Shown here: piece by piece, positions 38,300 through 53,379 of the stretch
Layout of the letters: every line of letters begins with the position of its first letter
How positions within the stretch are numbered: the stretch's first letter is position 1
Assembly: GCA_039096225.1 (NCBI GenBank)
Contig: JBBPEB010000013.1
Span: forward strand, 2,099,989-2,163,988
DNA length: 64,000 bases
Direction: 5' to 3'
Source of the DNA: Blastocystis sp. Blastoise
Taxonomy: Eukaryota; Protista; Bigyra: Opalinata
Made by a program: the position numbers and the translations under genes
Notes under the pieces: model-generated
The model's database searches: none
What the model saw: the letters and a program-made list of their open reading frames with translations, nothing else
Told to the model about the DNA's origin: nothing

Positions 38300-40330
38300 T
38301 ATATATATAGACAGGAAAAATGTAAGAGATATCTTCTATAATAGACAGTAAGAGAATGAAAAGAATAAAAAAAATATATATATGTCTGAATCGGCTATAA
38401 TTAAGTTTAGAATATATATATTATTATAAGAGAAATAAAAAATATAAAGTAATATTTATATATAGAATACTTAATCAACAATATAATAATAGTTTTTATA
38501 AATAGTCTAGATTTTATTGGTATAATTAATAATATATATAAAGAAAAAAAATTTTATTGTAAAATAATAACTAGAGAATATATAACAAGGATTAAATATA
38601 TATTAAAAAAGGTTGAATTCTTGTATACAAATGAGTATTTAAAAAAGAAACCTATATATATATATATATATATAATTCTAATCTTATCTGAAATCAAATG
38701 AAAGCCACTGTTAAAGACTATATATATGAAATCTAGATAAAAAATATTAACAATTCAAAATTAATTAAAAAATTTTTATATACGAATTATGTTACGATTA
38801 TATAAACATAAGAATATATATATATACAATAATAATAAACAAAAGAGTTCAATATATAGCATACCTTAGAAACACGAAAGGATAACTTCTCTATAAATGT
38901 CATTATATACACATTATATCATCATTAACTATAAATAATTATATAAGATTATTATCTCTAATATATATATATAATAGTCAAATAATAAGTGTATATGAAA
39001 TATAATAGTCATATAAATATATATAACCCATATAAACTATTTGAATAATATAATAATAATATCCTCTAAACATTTATAATAATAATAATAATATATATAC
39101 TAAATAGAAATAAAAAACTATCCTCTAAACATTTATAATAATAATATATATATACTAATAACAATATCACACTCATATATATAACTATATACCTCTATAC
39201 ATTGAAATTAATAAGTATAAATTTCATAATATAAGAATAAAATATCATTCTATATATAAATAAAATTAATATATAAACATATATATATATTATGTTAATA
39301 ATAAACACCACAATATGTTTGATAAAAAATAATATATTAGAAATATATGAATGTAAATATATATATATATACCTAATCACGTAGTACTATTGATGTAGAG
39401 TCACTGATTAAATATCTATAATAATAGTATATATAAATATATATAGAGTAAAAATATATATAAATTAATATAAAATATTTAAAAAATTGATGAGTCATAA
39501 TATATGTTTATATATAATAAAAAATTTATTTTATATTTATATTGAATTGTTTTGTGTCTATACATTAATAACCAATATATATATATAAGAGAAAGAGTGT
39601 AATATATATATACCTTTTGTAAAGTAACTAAATAATCTAATTTAATCATTATTATGTCTATATAGTAATACTATAAAATATATAAATATAATATATATAT
39701 ATAATAGAACCTCAGTCATAAGGAAATAAAAACTATAATAAAAATTTAATTTAATAAAAATATATAATAATTAAAAATAAATAAATAGATACTCTTCAAG
39801 TATGTATATATATTAAGATTTTTTCTATATATAATCATTATTAATTCACATATTAAATATAAAGAATAATTCTTAATATATATATATATACACTCAAGGA
39901 GTCGATGATGGTGATAAAACCAAATAGTTTCAAGAATTCTAAACCAATAATCAGTCACCATTTCTATATAATTTTATATTGATAATAATATAAATATATA
40001 CTTCTAATAAAATATAAAACCACTTGAATATCTAGAAGGACATAGACATCATTTTCTTAGTAATGGAGACCAATTGTTTATTTCTTTTTAATAATCTCCT
40101 AAAAGTAATTGAATATTAAAATAAAATATCACATAACATACCACTAGAGCATTCACCAAAGAATGTTCTCAACGATGAATTGTCCATCATTACGTTTTCT
40201 TCCAATATCGAGTAACCAATGCTATCAGTCTATTTACACCAGTTTTTTAAACCTATTTAAATAATATTAAATCAAATAAACACATACTTTAAAGAATGAA
40301 TCACCAATTGGTTTATTATTTAAATTCATT
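38300..40330 (-). pseudogene. Decayed multi-intron gene on the minus strand, unknown product
   Basis: GC-richer exon-like blocks alternate with GTAT...AG intron-like AT blocks (e.g. MNLNNKPIGDSFFK|; MVTDYWFRILETIWFY), with in-frame stops. Confidence 0.35.
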
Positions 40331-41178
40331 TCAATTCTAATCTATCATAATATACCAAATAAAACATACTATAAATATAAATTACAAAATAACACTCTAT
40401 ATAATTAAATAATCCACATAATAATATATAGAAAATATTTTTTCTTAACAATTCATTTAAGCTGATGCTGAAAAAGTTTTTCACGGATTGAAAGCGCTTT
40501 CAAAGACTCCAAGAATAAGGACCATATCAAAGAAGACTTTTTTCCCATACTTTGAACGTGGAATTCAAAAATAACCATTCTTTTAATTTGCTTATATCTC
40601 TATCCATATTGTGTATTCATGCTTATTAAATATGCATATTTTTATTTAATTATAGTAGTAATATAAAACAACTTTAAAACAGAGAAAGAATTTCTTTTAT
40701 TAACATTATTAACAAAATACTATCGAATTTATTATTTATTGAATTTCAGTAATGTTTATTATAATAGATATATAAATAAAAAGATAGCACAGTCGAATTA
40801 GTGTTTATTGATGTATTGATTTTAGTGTTATTTCTCATTAAATCTGATATATTTTTTCTCAAAGAAGGATGATATATTCATATACGTTTTTAAAAACAAT
40901 AAATCTCTATTCAAATAAAAAAAATGAAGAAATATCTCTGAAAATGTCTGAATAATTATAATCATGAAAATTCTTTAATATCTTACTAATAAATACAATA
41001 AATTCACGAATTTATTATATCAAAAAATTCAATTTTTTTTCTTTGTTATCTCAATGATTTATTATATTTTTATTATATTATAGTCATTAAAAAGGTATTT
41101 ATACGTTATTTATATAGATTATCGTATTTTGAGTATAATACTATATGATCATTCTCTGCTTATAGTTGTATTTGAGTG

Positions 41179-44100
41179 ATGTCAGACACTAAATCTTGGT
41201 TAAATGAAGAGAAATGTATCTGAATATGAATATAAAAAAATATTAGTTTCTAGATTTGTTTACATTTCAAGATGAGACGCAATTATGGATTTCAAGAGAA
41301 TTTATAGAGAAATATCCTCAATTACCCTTTCATGATATTATTCAACACTCAGATAAATATGAGGATGGTAGCTATTATATAGATATGGCTTCTTCTCCTA
41401 TAGATAGAGTCGTTTCGTTTTTAAATGAAGAAATTGCTGATATTTCTTCTTTAAATCTACGAAATAGTTATGATATATATAAAACACTTCATGAATATTC
41501 AATTATACTTGATAATGAAATTCAAAGTGATTTATTCTTCCATGTTAAAGATTTATTTATTGATTATTTAAAAGAAAACAATTATCGAATAAATGATTGT
41601 TATAACCAACATGACCAGTTACATATGTCGATGGAGTTATTTAGTTCAAAGAGTAAAGAAATAGTTATAGAAGGTAATTATTTAGTATTATATATGTCTT
41701 TAATATGTATAGGATTATTTACACCTCAACGAAAAGATGAATTATTGTATTATTCGATTCTAATTAAAATGATGAATATTAGTGAAGTTTTTGTTTTTTG
41801 TATATATATATATATATATAGTAGTATATTAATGTATAATAATAATATATATAGATGATTATTCATCAGATATTCCATTAGAATACGTATGTCCTTCTTC
41901 TATTAAAGATATATTTCCATCATTAAGAGAATTAAAAATTTCTGGTATATATTATTTTATTATATATATATATATATAGTATCTACATATTACAAGGAAA
42001 GTGAACAGTTATTAAATCCAAATAGTGATGAGTATATAATGAAATATATTCGGTTATTCAGTAGATATGGATGTGGAATGGATATTCCTGATAATTACAA
42101 CTATTTTACAAAATCAGAAATGAATGAATATAATAAAAAATCTACATTAAATATGAATACTATATATTATTCTCATGACATGATTGATTCTTATAAAAAA
42201 AGAAGAGAAAACAATACGTTACCTAAATTATATAAATATATTGTTTATGAAGCTATATATAATAATGATGGTTCGGAAGCTGGAAATAGTAAAAATACTT
42301 ATGGTAATTTTTCACGTAATGATGTCAGTATTGAATATAATAGTAAATATATATAAATATTTTAGATTTTTTTCTTTTTATCTCATTATATATAGATGAA
42401 ACAAATGAGAAAACATTTTCGTATATAATTATCTTTATTGAATAATATTTATTTAAATATATATCAAATAGTATAATGGAAATATCTTCAGAATGGGGTA
42501 TAACTCAATTATTACGTCTTATTTCTTATTTCTCTATTTCAAAAATCGAGAAAAATTATTGTAAATAAGAATATATAGTACACTAATGAATTTTTTTAGT
42601 TGATTTTCAATATGATGCTATGATTGCTCTGAAAGTATTAAAAGAAGTTGTATTCGACTCTTTAACTACATTAAGTGTTGAATGGAGTATTTTTTAATTA
42701 TTATTATCAATATTTTTATTCAATATAGTTGAAGTTCTGGCTGATGCAATTGATAAGAATCTATTTAAAAAAATAATTACAACTCATGTATTTCCAAATG
42801 TTACTGAACTCATCTATGATGATCGTATGTATATATATAAATAAATGTATGTATATTATATATATCTATATATGTATGTAGGATCATTTCAGTTATCATT
42901 CATAAAGAAAGAATGCTTCCCAAAACTACATATTATCAACTACAATATTGAAATATGTAAATTGATTTTTCTATAGATAAATTATAGTATATTATTATAG
43001 CTGCTGATACTCTTGAGTTCTTATTTCCACCGAGCTTAATCTCTATGATTGATACTATTATAATAAATGAAATTAATTCTAGCCAAAAAAATGAAATCAT
43101 TTTAACTTTAGATAATCTAGCTTATACTCATTCAATTCATATCGATGGAATTGGTATAGTCTTATATATATATATTTGATTTTATATAGATTTATTTATT
43201 AATGACTTTCCACATTCAAAAGAATTGTTAAACAAAAATCTTATATCTTTTGATAGAAATTATAGTATGAATTTTTTCTCACTCTTTTATATATATATAT
43301 AATAATATTTAATATAATATAATAACATATAATAGTATATAATAGATAATATAATCTAATATTTATTATAAAGTTAAGATTTTTTGTTCTGAAGATGTGA
43401 AAAAGTTAGATCGTTTTAAGAATTATATATACAATATTGATGTTTTATATATTACATTCAAAAGTATTCAAGTCTATATATATATATATATAACATTAAT
43501 TTCTTTTTATTTATAGATTACAAAGAAGATGAAATAAGAAATTCTTTAGAAAGATTCTTACAGAGTAATATATTACAACATTTGAACTATTTAAGTGTTT
43601 CATGTATATTCTTTTTTATCAATATATATTATTATTATACTTGGTATACTATCTTTAGTCGATCATACTATAAGTATAGAATATTTAAAATGGATATCAA
43701 GTATTTTTGATGATACTAAAATTAATACTATTTGTGAATTATTTTTTGATTGTATATATTTTATTATGAAATACATTATAATTAATATTAAGTGAGTTCT
43801 GTTGCAAAAGATTTATCATTTGAATATTTATATGTATATGAAAACATAATAGAAAAATTAATTCATAAAGCTTCTATTGTTACGATACAAGGTAATTATT
43901 TTTAAATATGATTATTCTATTTAATAAAATATATTTAATTAATATTAACTATATTTATCAGATTGTTATATGATTTTTTTAAATCGATTAATTCTCAAAG
44001 GTTGTTTTCATAATACGACTGAATTGAGTTTAGGTATATATCTATTAAATAAATATTATATCTTCGTTGTAAACTATAATATATATCATTCTATTTTTAT

Positions 44101-44982
44101 ATTATTATTATTATAGAAATTGATGATATTCCAGATGATAGTTTTTATGAACTATATACTAAAAACAATTTTCAACAATTAACACTTATTGAGTTTTGTA
44201 TATATTAATAATAAGATTATAATTGTATCATGAATGCTTATATATAGTCTCTTATTCTATAAATAAATATTTTTCTAAAATATTAAATATTTCCATAGAT
44301 ATTCGTGATAAAAAATGGTGGCTTCATTTCGTTCAAAAATTATGTAACTATATGAATAACAATAATTTTCCATCATCAAGTACTATTCGATTAATTGGTA
44401 TGTTATTAAAGATGATACTATTTATATTCATTATTATTATATTTCTATAGATACATTTAATTATAATCTTGACTATATTTATAATCCAAGTACTTCTTCT
44501 CTTCAATGTAAATATGATAATGATTCATTTATAGATACAATTATGTGTAAAAATGGTATATATGTATAGCTAATGTAGTATGTATTTATTTATAAAGATG
44601 AAACGATGAATAAATATGAGATAGAAACATTATTTGATTGTATTAGAGAAAATAAAACTAAATATATAAGAAGTTTAGAAATATGTATGATTATTATAGT
44701 ATTTTAAGTAATATTTTGCTTGTATAGATATTTTTGATGAGGAACAATTATCAGAACTCATTAGTTTTATAACTAATGGAAAGATTCCTAAATTGAAAGA
44801 ATTTATTTTTAGTATTAGTATATATACAGTTAATTCTATTGATATTTTTATATCATATAGGTAATGATATTTCTGATGATAGCACTAATATATATAAGCA
44901 ACAATTGAATGATTCTTCATTTATTAAGGAAAATCATATCAAATATGAACTGAAAAAAGTAGTATGTATCAATTATTTTTAA
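41179..44982 (+). CDS. BTB/POZ-like + degenerate LRR-like repeat protein, copy 2 (appears intact)
   Basis: ATG 41179 MSDTKSWLNEEK, then intron, then LFTFQDETQLWISREFIEKYPQLPFHDIIQHSDKYEDGSYYID. Motifs IFPSLRELKI, VFPNVTELI, CFPKLHII, NFQQLTLI, IPKLKEF. The exons I spliced by hand stay in frame; terminal TAA at 44980-44982. Confidence 0.75.
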
Positions 44983-45455
44983 CATCTATTTTTTTTGTTT
45001 TGCTATATTTATTATGTATTTCATTTCTTGTTTTACATATATATATTCAAGTTTCCATTGATTATATTAATATTATATGATTTAAAATATAAGAATCATG
45101 ATAATTTATTATATGTACATTAATGTTTTAAGTATAAAACAATTTTAATAAAATGTATTATTATTGTTTAATATGACTATATTGTTATATTGTGTTTATT
45201 AGATATTCCTTATGGATAATAAATCTATCTAAAAATTATATTTTAATGATATTTTGAAATGTGAGTAATTAACATGTTTATAAGAGGTGGCTGATATATT
45301 TATATAATATGGAAAAAATGACTTTTTTGATACATATTTTTTTTTTAATAAAATGAAAGAGTTAAAAACATATTATTATGGTTGTCATTTATTTATTATA
45401 TATAATTTCATTAGTTGTGTTTAATTTAGATTTATTAATTTGAAAATATATTCAT

Positions 45456-45549
45456 ATATATTATGAGCTAATCTAATTATTTATATATTATGAGCTAATT
45501 TAATTATTTATATATTATGAGTTAATCTAATTATTTATATATTATGAGT
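45456..45549. repeat. 27-bp minisatellite x3.5 (ATATATTATGAGCTAATCTAATTATTT)
   Basis: TTATGAG at 45461, 45488, 45515 and 45542. Confidence 0.9.
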
Positions 45550-46438
45550 CTACATAAATATATGTATATGAATAATCATTAATACAGAACTTCACTCCAT
45601 ATAATACCAAACTACTTTTGAAAATAATTGTTTGGAGAAAGAATATATATTTTATGTATTATAATTATCTTGATGATAATAATTATTAACAATATATCAT
45701 GATCAAATATCCTTAAGAATAAAAAGAATGTAGAGAGAATAAGATAACGAATATTATCAGTATTAGCAAGGATATTAAAGTTGAAACAAATAAAATAAAA
45801 TTGAATGAATAGAGAAACATAGTGTAGACATGATAAATAAATATAAATATAATAATTAAGGAAATAATTGGAATGATTATAAAAATAAATAGAGTAATCA
45901 TATAATATATAAGTTATTTAAACATTTCGTTTCCATTTAAATAATATACAACATTAATTGAAGTTCAAATAGATCCTATTAAGAAGATTTGAAACTATAA
46001 TGATAATAAAAGAGACTATCTAGAAATAATATATATTGATTAATATCATCGAATACACACAAACTAAGAACTCACAAATAATAGACTTGCTGCTATAGCT
46101 AATGAAATAAAGAATGAAAATGAGTTGCTTATTTTAATCTATTTTAATACTTTTTTGTAGATCCCATAATTTATAAATACAAAAATATAATATTTTTCAT
46201 CATAAATGTGTTTTAAATGAATAATAAAGAGATTTAATGAATGAATTAAAAAGTTGATTAAAATCATGATTTATTTTAAAATGAATGCTATTAAATGAAA
46301 ATAATTATAAATTGATAAAATAAAAGAGTTTAAAAATATTTACGATTATTATTAATATTTTCGCTATAAAAGATAATAGTTTCATAATTTTGATTTAAAA
46401 TAGTTTTCATTTTTCTTTTATTCCTTTTATAGTTTAGA

Positions 46439-47917
46439 ATGGTGAAAGAGAAGGTAGGATTTGATGCGAATAAGATGGGTGATATTCAGAAGGATGTAAT
46501 TCATTTTGAAAGACTGATTAGTGATTTGATTGGTATTTTAAGTAAGTCAATAAGCTTTTGTATTCATTCAGGTGAGTCCGTGAATGAATTAGTGAATCGA
46601 TTAACAAGAAATTGTGATGGAATGAATGATAAGAATGGTGATGATCCACATATAATTATCCAAGAATCTTCTTTTCTGAATGAAAATGATGCTACTATGA
46701 ATAATAATGATAATGGAATTGATTATATTCGATTTACCAGTAATGGTCCAGTTTATTCTCTTCCTAAAAGAATAACAAATAGTTTAGTAGGAACATATTT
46801 ATATGAACAATGTCAAGAAGAAAAAAGAACTATTTATGGTGAAGTTTATTTGGATTATCGTGGTGATGAAACAGTAGCTCCTTTATTAATTGATTCTTTA
46901 ATGAATAAGAAAGTAAATATTGATAAGTTAAGTTTGAGTGATCAAATTGATTTATTAAAAATGTTTGAATATTGTGAATTACCTGTGCCTGAAGAATTAA
47001 TGAAAACCTATTATAGAAGAGATCATAAAATGAAACAATATAAAGAAGGTGATGATGTTATTCTTTATATAAATGATAAGAAAGATGATATATTAAGAGA
47101 TTATTGGAAGAAGAATGAATTATGGAATAATATAGTAAATGAATATGATGATGGATACGTATATTTTGACGAAAAGAATAATGAAATGTATTTGAAGATG
47201 AATTATACATATATTGATCATATATATGAATATGTTCAATATAATTGTATTTATATATCTGAAGAAGAAACAAAGAATATAAATAGAGAATTATTAGAGA
47301 ATGAAATGTATAGTTTATTTGGTGATAAAGGAAGAAATAGTGTAAAGAATGGATGGAATATTAATGTTTCATTTCCACATTCATATATAGTAGATCAAAC
47401 TACTGAATTATCTTTAATGAATTGGCTTGGTAAAGAAAAGAAATGGAAATTATTATTTAGAGCAAGTAAACATAATTATTTAGCAAGTGAATTCCATAAA
47501 TATTGTAATAATAAAGGAGAAACAGTAACTATAATCAAACATATAGGTCATAATAATCATATTAATATATTTGGAGGATATACAGATCAAAATTGGGATA
47601 GTTCAGATTATAAACCTTATTCTAAAGAATTTCTATTTACATTAAGTAATGAACATGGTATTCCTCCTACTAAATATGATAATACTAATAGTAACTGTGG
47701 TATATATTGTAGTTCTTCTTATGGTCCAACATTTGGAGGTGGTTTTGATATCTATATATCTGATCAATGTCATAGTAATACTAATTCTTCTTGTAATGCA
47801 TATTCTTATTCTGAAGTGAATACTCCTCAAAAATCATCATTATTTGTAAATACAAATAATGCTAATTCTACTAATAAGTTTACAGTAGATGATTATGAAG
47901 TCTGGGGAAGAGCATAA
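46439..47917 (+). CDS. BTB-like + TLDc domain protein, copy 2 (intronless, 492 aa)
   Basis: Single ORF colinear with 21202-22739. TLDc motifs WKLLFRASKH..FHKYCNNKGETVTIIK..IFGGYT..W..FLFTL..YGPTFGGGFDIYISD..FTVDDYEVW. Confidence 0.9.
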   Translation: MVKEKVGFDANKMGDIQKDVIHFERLISDLIGILSKSISFCIHSGESVNELVNRLTRNCDGMNDKNGDDPHIIIQESSFLNENDATMNNNDNGIDYIRFTSNGPVYSLPKRITNSLVGTYLYEQCQEEKRTIYGEVYLDYRGDETVAPLLIDSLMNKKVNIDKLSLSDQIDLLKMFEYCELPVPEELMKTYYRRDHKMKQYKEGDDVILYINDKKDDILRDYWKKNELWNNIVNEYDDGYVYFDEKNNEMYLKMNYTYIDHIYEYVQYNCIYISEEETKNINRELLENEMYSLFGDKGRNSVKNGWNINVSFPHSYIVDQTTELSLMNWLGKEKKWKLLFRASKHNYLASEFHKYCNNKGETVTIIKHIGHNNHINIFGGYTDQNWDSSDYKPYSKEFLFTLSNEHGIPPTKYDNTNSNCGIYCSSSYGPTFGGGFDIYISDQCHSNTNSSCNAYSYSEVNTPQKSSLFVNTNNANSTNKFTVDDYEVWGRA

Positions 47918-48824
47918 ATATAATAATAAATTATGATTTCTTTTTTGTTTTCTCTCTTTATATATATTCTTTTCTTTCTTGAGAAAAGTTTTTTCAATAT
48001 ATATATTATTTTTAATAAAATATAAAAAGTAGTTTTGTTAATTGTCTTTTAACTGTAATTATAATGTTAAAAGTTTATTAATAATAATTAGTATATAATA
48101 TTTTCAAGAATAAATAAATAGTTTTTACTAAAAGTATTATTTATTACTAAATTTATTTAATAGATATATAACAAAGAATAATATATAAACCCTAAGTTAA
48201 AATCAATAAAATATATGTAGAATAAGAGTTCTATGATAATAATAAACATCAATGCATTATTGTTTATTTAAATAATTAAAAAAATCTTATTGAAGGTTCA
48301 AAACAATAAATAGTTATCAATAATATAAAATGAAAGATGTTTCTATTGTTTTATTAATCAAAAATTTAATTTTTTTTATAAACTATAATAATAGGAATAC
48401 TATATGTATGAATATCAATTTATATAATATATAAATAAAAAATTAATTATTCATTGAATTGTAAAAAAAATAAATATAACAATGAGTAAAAAAATGTATT
48501 GAATGACTATTATTTAAAAGAAATGAACAAATACAATTAAATATTAATAGAAAAATTAAATAAAGTTTTTAAATATAATAAAAAAATAATTTTAAACAAG
48601 AATAAGTTGAGAATAGTATAGAATTCATGAATAGTATACAATTTATATAAAGTAGTTAAATGAACATTTTAATACTGTTTATAACTATTATAAAAATAGT
48701 ATGATTATGAAAATAGTTTTTATTATAACAAAGAGTATAAATATAGAAGAATAATAGAATAATATAGAAAAATTGAATAAATAATAAAAAAGATAAATTT
48801 GATGAGATATATAAAAAATAATAT

Positions 48825-48991
48825 CGGTGTCTTGCCAATATTTTGTGGTACTTGTTGTGACTATCACAGAAAGACATTTAAATCAGACTTAATACAGTTG
48901 AATAAAAAACAATTTTACACAGTTATAAATTGACAAAGCTATCACATTTTTTATGACAATTGCTGTTCAATAAAAAAGTGTTTCAGGGAAG
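48825..48991. mobile_element. Decayed copy of the 1474-1655 MITE family (reverse orientation)
   Basis: Colinear with the MITE reverse complement: CGGTGTCTTGCC ~ CAGAGCCTTCCC, TTTTGTG, CAGACTTAA, TTACAC.GT, TCACA.TTTT..TGACAATTGC, GGGAAG. Length is similar. Confidence 0.6.
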
Positions 48992-49399
48992 AGAAGGACT
49001 ATTATTATTATTATTATAGAGAACAATTGGTGAATATATTTTCCATTATGAATATGTTTATACTATTAAATTAAATAAAGAGAATTATATGATATTCTGA
49101 TTAATTTAATCTTTTTTAAAGATGATAGTTTTATATATATGTATTATTATTATATATATAATAGTGTAAAGTATTTTATATCTATTTTATTTGTTATATA
49201 GATATTCATGACATTTAACAATCTCTTTTTTATCTCTATGTTTATTATTCAATTTTTATCAAATCTATATAAATATATAGTTTTTCAACTACTTTTTTGA
49301 ATCTCTATATATTTCTCTCTAAACTTTTAAATTGAATTTTTTTTATAAAAGTTATTAATCAACAAATATTATATATCTATATAGATTTATATAATTATT

Positions 49400-52300
49400 A
49401 TCTTCTAAAAGTCACTCCCATTCATCTTCTAACCTTAAAATCATTATTCTTACCCTTACAACAATTCATATCTTCCATTTACAGAAGGATTATATTCTTA
49501 AAGGTTTCCAATAACTTGATGTATATGAATATATTGTATAATATATATTATATATATATATATATATTGTTTGTATAATATGTATCTATTATATATAATA
49601 ATAATAATAATATATATAGTACATAAATATTATATAGAGGATGATTCATCTTATTCATTTGTAGGTTCATTTGATCTATTTAATATACTTAATACCTTGA
49701 TAATGTATATATATATATATATATTTCTAACAATAAAAATTTATAAGAATATATATATATAGATAGAGAAAACAATTCAAATATTAATCATTAAATAGCT
49801 ATTTGAATGTTATCCATATTTATATTCAATATATACTATATTTGGTCTTTATTATTTAAAAATGAATTATTTTTTGGAATAAATGAATTGAATATTATGT
49901 TTGAATTGCTAGATTTGAAAATAGCTTATATTTGAATTATTTTTATGTTAAAAAATATCTTATTAATGAATATATAGGTGTAAATATATCGATTTATATA
50001 AAATATATAATATTATCTAAGAATAAAAGAAATAAATTGTTGTATATGGTTTAGAAGTGTTAAAAGAAAGATATAAACATTATTAAATATACTAAACTTA
50101 TATATATATTGAAATATCGATTATAAATGAAGGAAGAACTATTCTATAGGTATATATATATTCTTATATGGTTATAATTACTATATTTATTCTTATTATA
50201 GTTATATATTATTTATATATATTTTATATAGTCATAAAAAATTAATGCATCTTGAATATCATTATTTATTATTCTATTAGTGTAGTTACTTTTATTGGTC
50301 TATTTAAAAATAGTTTATGAGATTCTTTTTTAAATAATTATATTATGGTTATAGAATAGTTTATGATATTAAAGCATATAATGTGATGAAACAAATACAT
50401 ACTGAATTTGAAGAAATTCTTAAAAAATAAATATTACTATTATTGTTATATATAATAATAATACTATTGTATTTCCTTCTTCTATGCGATCCTCACAATA
50501 AAAAAATAAACTAAATCGAGCTTCTATTTCTCATTGGAATAACACATTATTTACGTGATTATTTATGAATCGAAAAAGTCATTCTGTGCCTTCAACTCTG
50601 AAATCTCATTCATCCATTCCACTTCGTTCAATGTCTCCTTCTATATCTCCTTCTCCTTCTATTAATAATACAAATATTTCTCCTATTACAACTATACATA
50701 GATCTTCATCTACTATTCCTTCTTCTTCATCTCATTCATTTACAGATTCTTCTAATTATTCAACACAACCTTTATCATCTTCAACTATACCTATATCAAA
50801 TGCTTATACTCAATCATATTCTTCTATTCAAGAAAATAATATATGTTCTGATATATATATATATATATCTACATCAAAAAACGTATTCTATCCTTTCTAC
50901 ATATCTAACTACATAAAATGAAGAAGATACGTCAAGTTTCATAAGTAATAATGTTTCTATGAATAGTAATAATAATTCAAATAAATAATAATAATTCAAA
51001 TAAAGTTATATTAACTAATAAAATAGCTATAAACCATTATAATGATTCATAAAATGAATATATAAATAAGAATACATTAAGTCCTATGATTCTTCAAGAT
51101 AAAGAATTATTTAAAAAGAAGAATAGTATAAATAGAATACCTCAAAATAATCGATTTCATTCAAATAGTATATCTACAGTATATGATACTAATATACCAT
51201 TAACAGATATAACAGAATAATCTAAAATAAAACATTCATCATTACGTCTTCTTAGGCATTCTTCTTCTTCTTCTTCTTGTATTTATAATTTAACTTCTAC
51301 TATATAAGATAGTTTATCTACATATATATACATAATCAGTGTGAAACTACTCATTATAATACTCCTATTACTCTTCTTCCTTCTTCTAAATATATTTTAT
51401 ATAATATAGATATATATTCATCTAATCCTTCTATAGATACACATTATTCAAATAATGATAATAATGAAAATAATAATATTTCAGATAATAATAATAATAA
51501 TAATAATGAAGATAATAATCCTAATATTCAATCAAATGATATATTAGATCCTACAGAACATTCTTTTAATATATATATGCCATTATTTATATCAACAGAA
51601 GATCAGAATTATGCTATTAATAAATCTGCAAAGAATGGTAATAATATCTCATGTAGTGAGAAGAATCAATCCTTAATTCACATAAAAGAAGAACATAAGA
51701 TTATGAAAACTGACGTTAATAATATGATTTATAATACTAATAGTATTATGAATAATAATAATACTAATGAAAATAATATGGCATACAATAATAATATGGT
51801 ATTTATTTCTACTATTAATAATATTTCTTCTCCGAATAATACTGTTATTACTACTAATAATAATAATATAAATAATAATTATATAATTCCAAATAATAAT
51901 ATAAATAATAATTCTATTACTGTTACAAATAATAATAATAATATTGATATTCCTAATGCTACTACTATTACTATTTCTACTCTTCTTAATCCTATACATA
52001 CTACTATTAGTAATAGTCTTCCTCCTACATCATGTACTATCCATTCTTTATCTAATCTACACAATATACTCTTTCTCTATGACTTCAGAATCTCTTTCTT
52101 CTTATCATAATAATAGTTCTGATATGAATCATTTAACCAACTCTAATAGTATGCCTGTTCCTACATTCTCATCTAAATCAATTACTACTATACAACGACT
52201 GATCCTCCTATTACTGCTATTACAACAGCAACTACTATTATTACTACTTCTTCTACTATACCTTCTTATTATAAGACTAAAAGAAGTCATACTATATATT

Positions 52301-52990
52301 TATCTCCAATTCAATCATTACCGAATTCTCCATCACTATTATTAGTTACTACTACTATTATTACTATATCTTCGAATTCAAGGCTAACAATCAAAATTAA
52401 TTTTTATAATAATAATAATATAAATACTAATATGAATATAAATGATAATGAGGGTATTACTTATCCTATTTCTCCTTCATTTCTTTCTTCTACAGGTATT
52501 TTTATTTGTTGAAGAGCTACTAAATATTCTTCATTATCCAATTATATTATGTTTCATTCAGAAATAGGGAATAAATCTTATAATCATAATAATAATAATA
52601 TTTAAATAGATATTAATAAAGACATTAGTAATATTAATGATATTATTGATGTTAATACTACTGCTAATAATAATAATAATAATAATAATAAAAATATAAA
52701 GAATGATGAAAATGATTAAGATTTATTATTCAAACTATATTGAATTTTATAAAAAACAATATTAATGATATTATTATACAAATAGAATCATTTTTATTTG
52801 ATTAATATGATATTTAGTTATATAATAAAATAAAAATATATATTTGAATGAATTGATGATAATATTGGAATAGAATAATTATCAAATATAGTTATTGAAT
52901 AATATTAAATAATGTAAATTACTATAATACTAATATATTAGATAGATAAAATTGATGATAAACATATGATGATATATGAAATAGAAGTGG
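49400..52990 (+). pseudogene. Decayed large gene: short exons followed by a long Ser/Pro/Thr/Asn low-complexity exon with multiple stops and frameshifts
   Basis: ORFs 50565-50921, 51577-52110 and 51944-52345 are pieces of one low-complexity frame broken by TAA/TGA. Intron-like GTATAT..ATAG blocks occur in 49520-50230. Confidence 0.55.
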
Positions 52991-53379
52991 ATTGTAAATT
53001 GTTATAATATATATAATAAAATTTCATTCAAACATTTTTATTAGATCCAGTTTTGGGTACCAAAATAACGAAAAAAAAAATAAAATCGATCTAATATATT
53101 CCCAAAATGTGTATGTAATTCAACCAGATCCAAAAATATATTTTGTTTTTCTAAAAAGAAAAAAAATATAAAAAATAAGTGAAATTGTTCTATTATTTTT
53201 CTTTTGAAATAAAGATTACTTTTTATAATATATATTCTGAATGAATAATTAATATAATTATTTAATTTTTTACTAATTATTAAAGAAAGTGTTTGCCACC
53301 TGTATAGTTGTAATAACGTATTTTTATTTGATACTCAAAGACTTAATTATAATTATATTTTTATTTATTTATATTTATA

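Noticed and set aside
39050-39160. 59-bp local duplication (ATCCTCTAAACATTTATAATAATAAT...) and a similar short one near 50965-51004
   Set aside because: Ordinary slippage duplications within decayed sequence.
19880-47920. Blastocystis-type stop codons created by polyadenylation
   Set aside because: All genes whose ends I could trace have a genomic TAA, and no TGTTTGTT motif sits at the expected distance.
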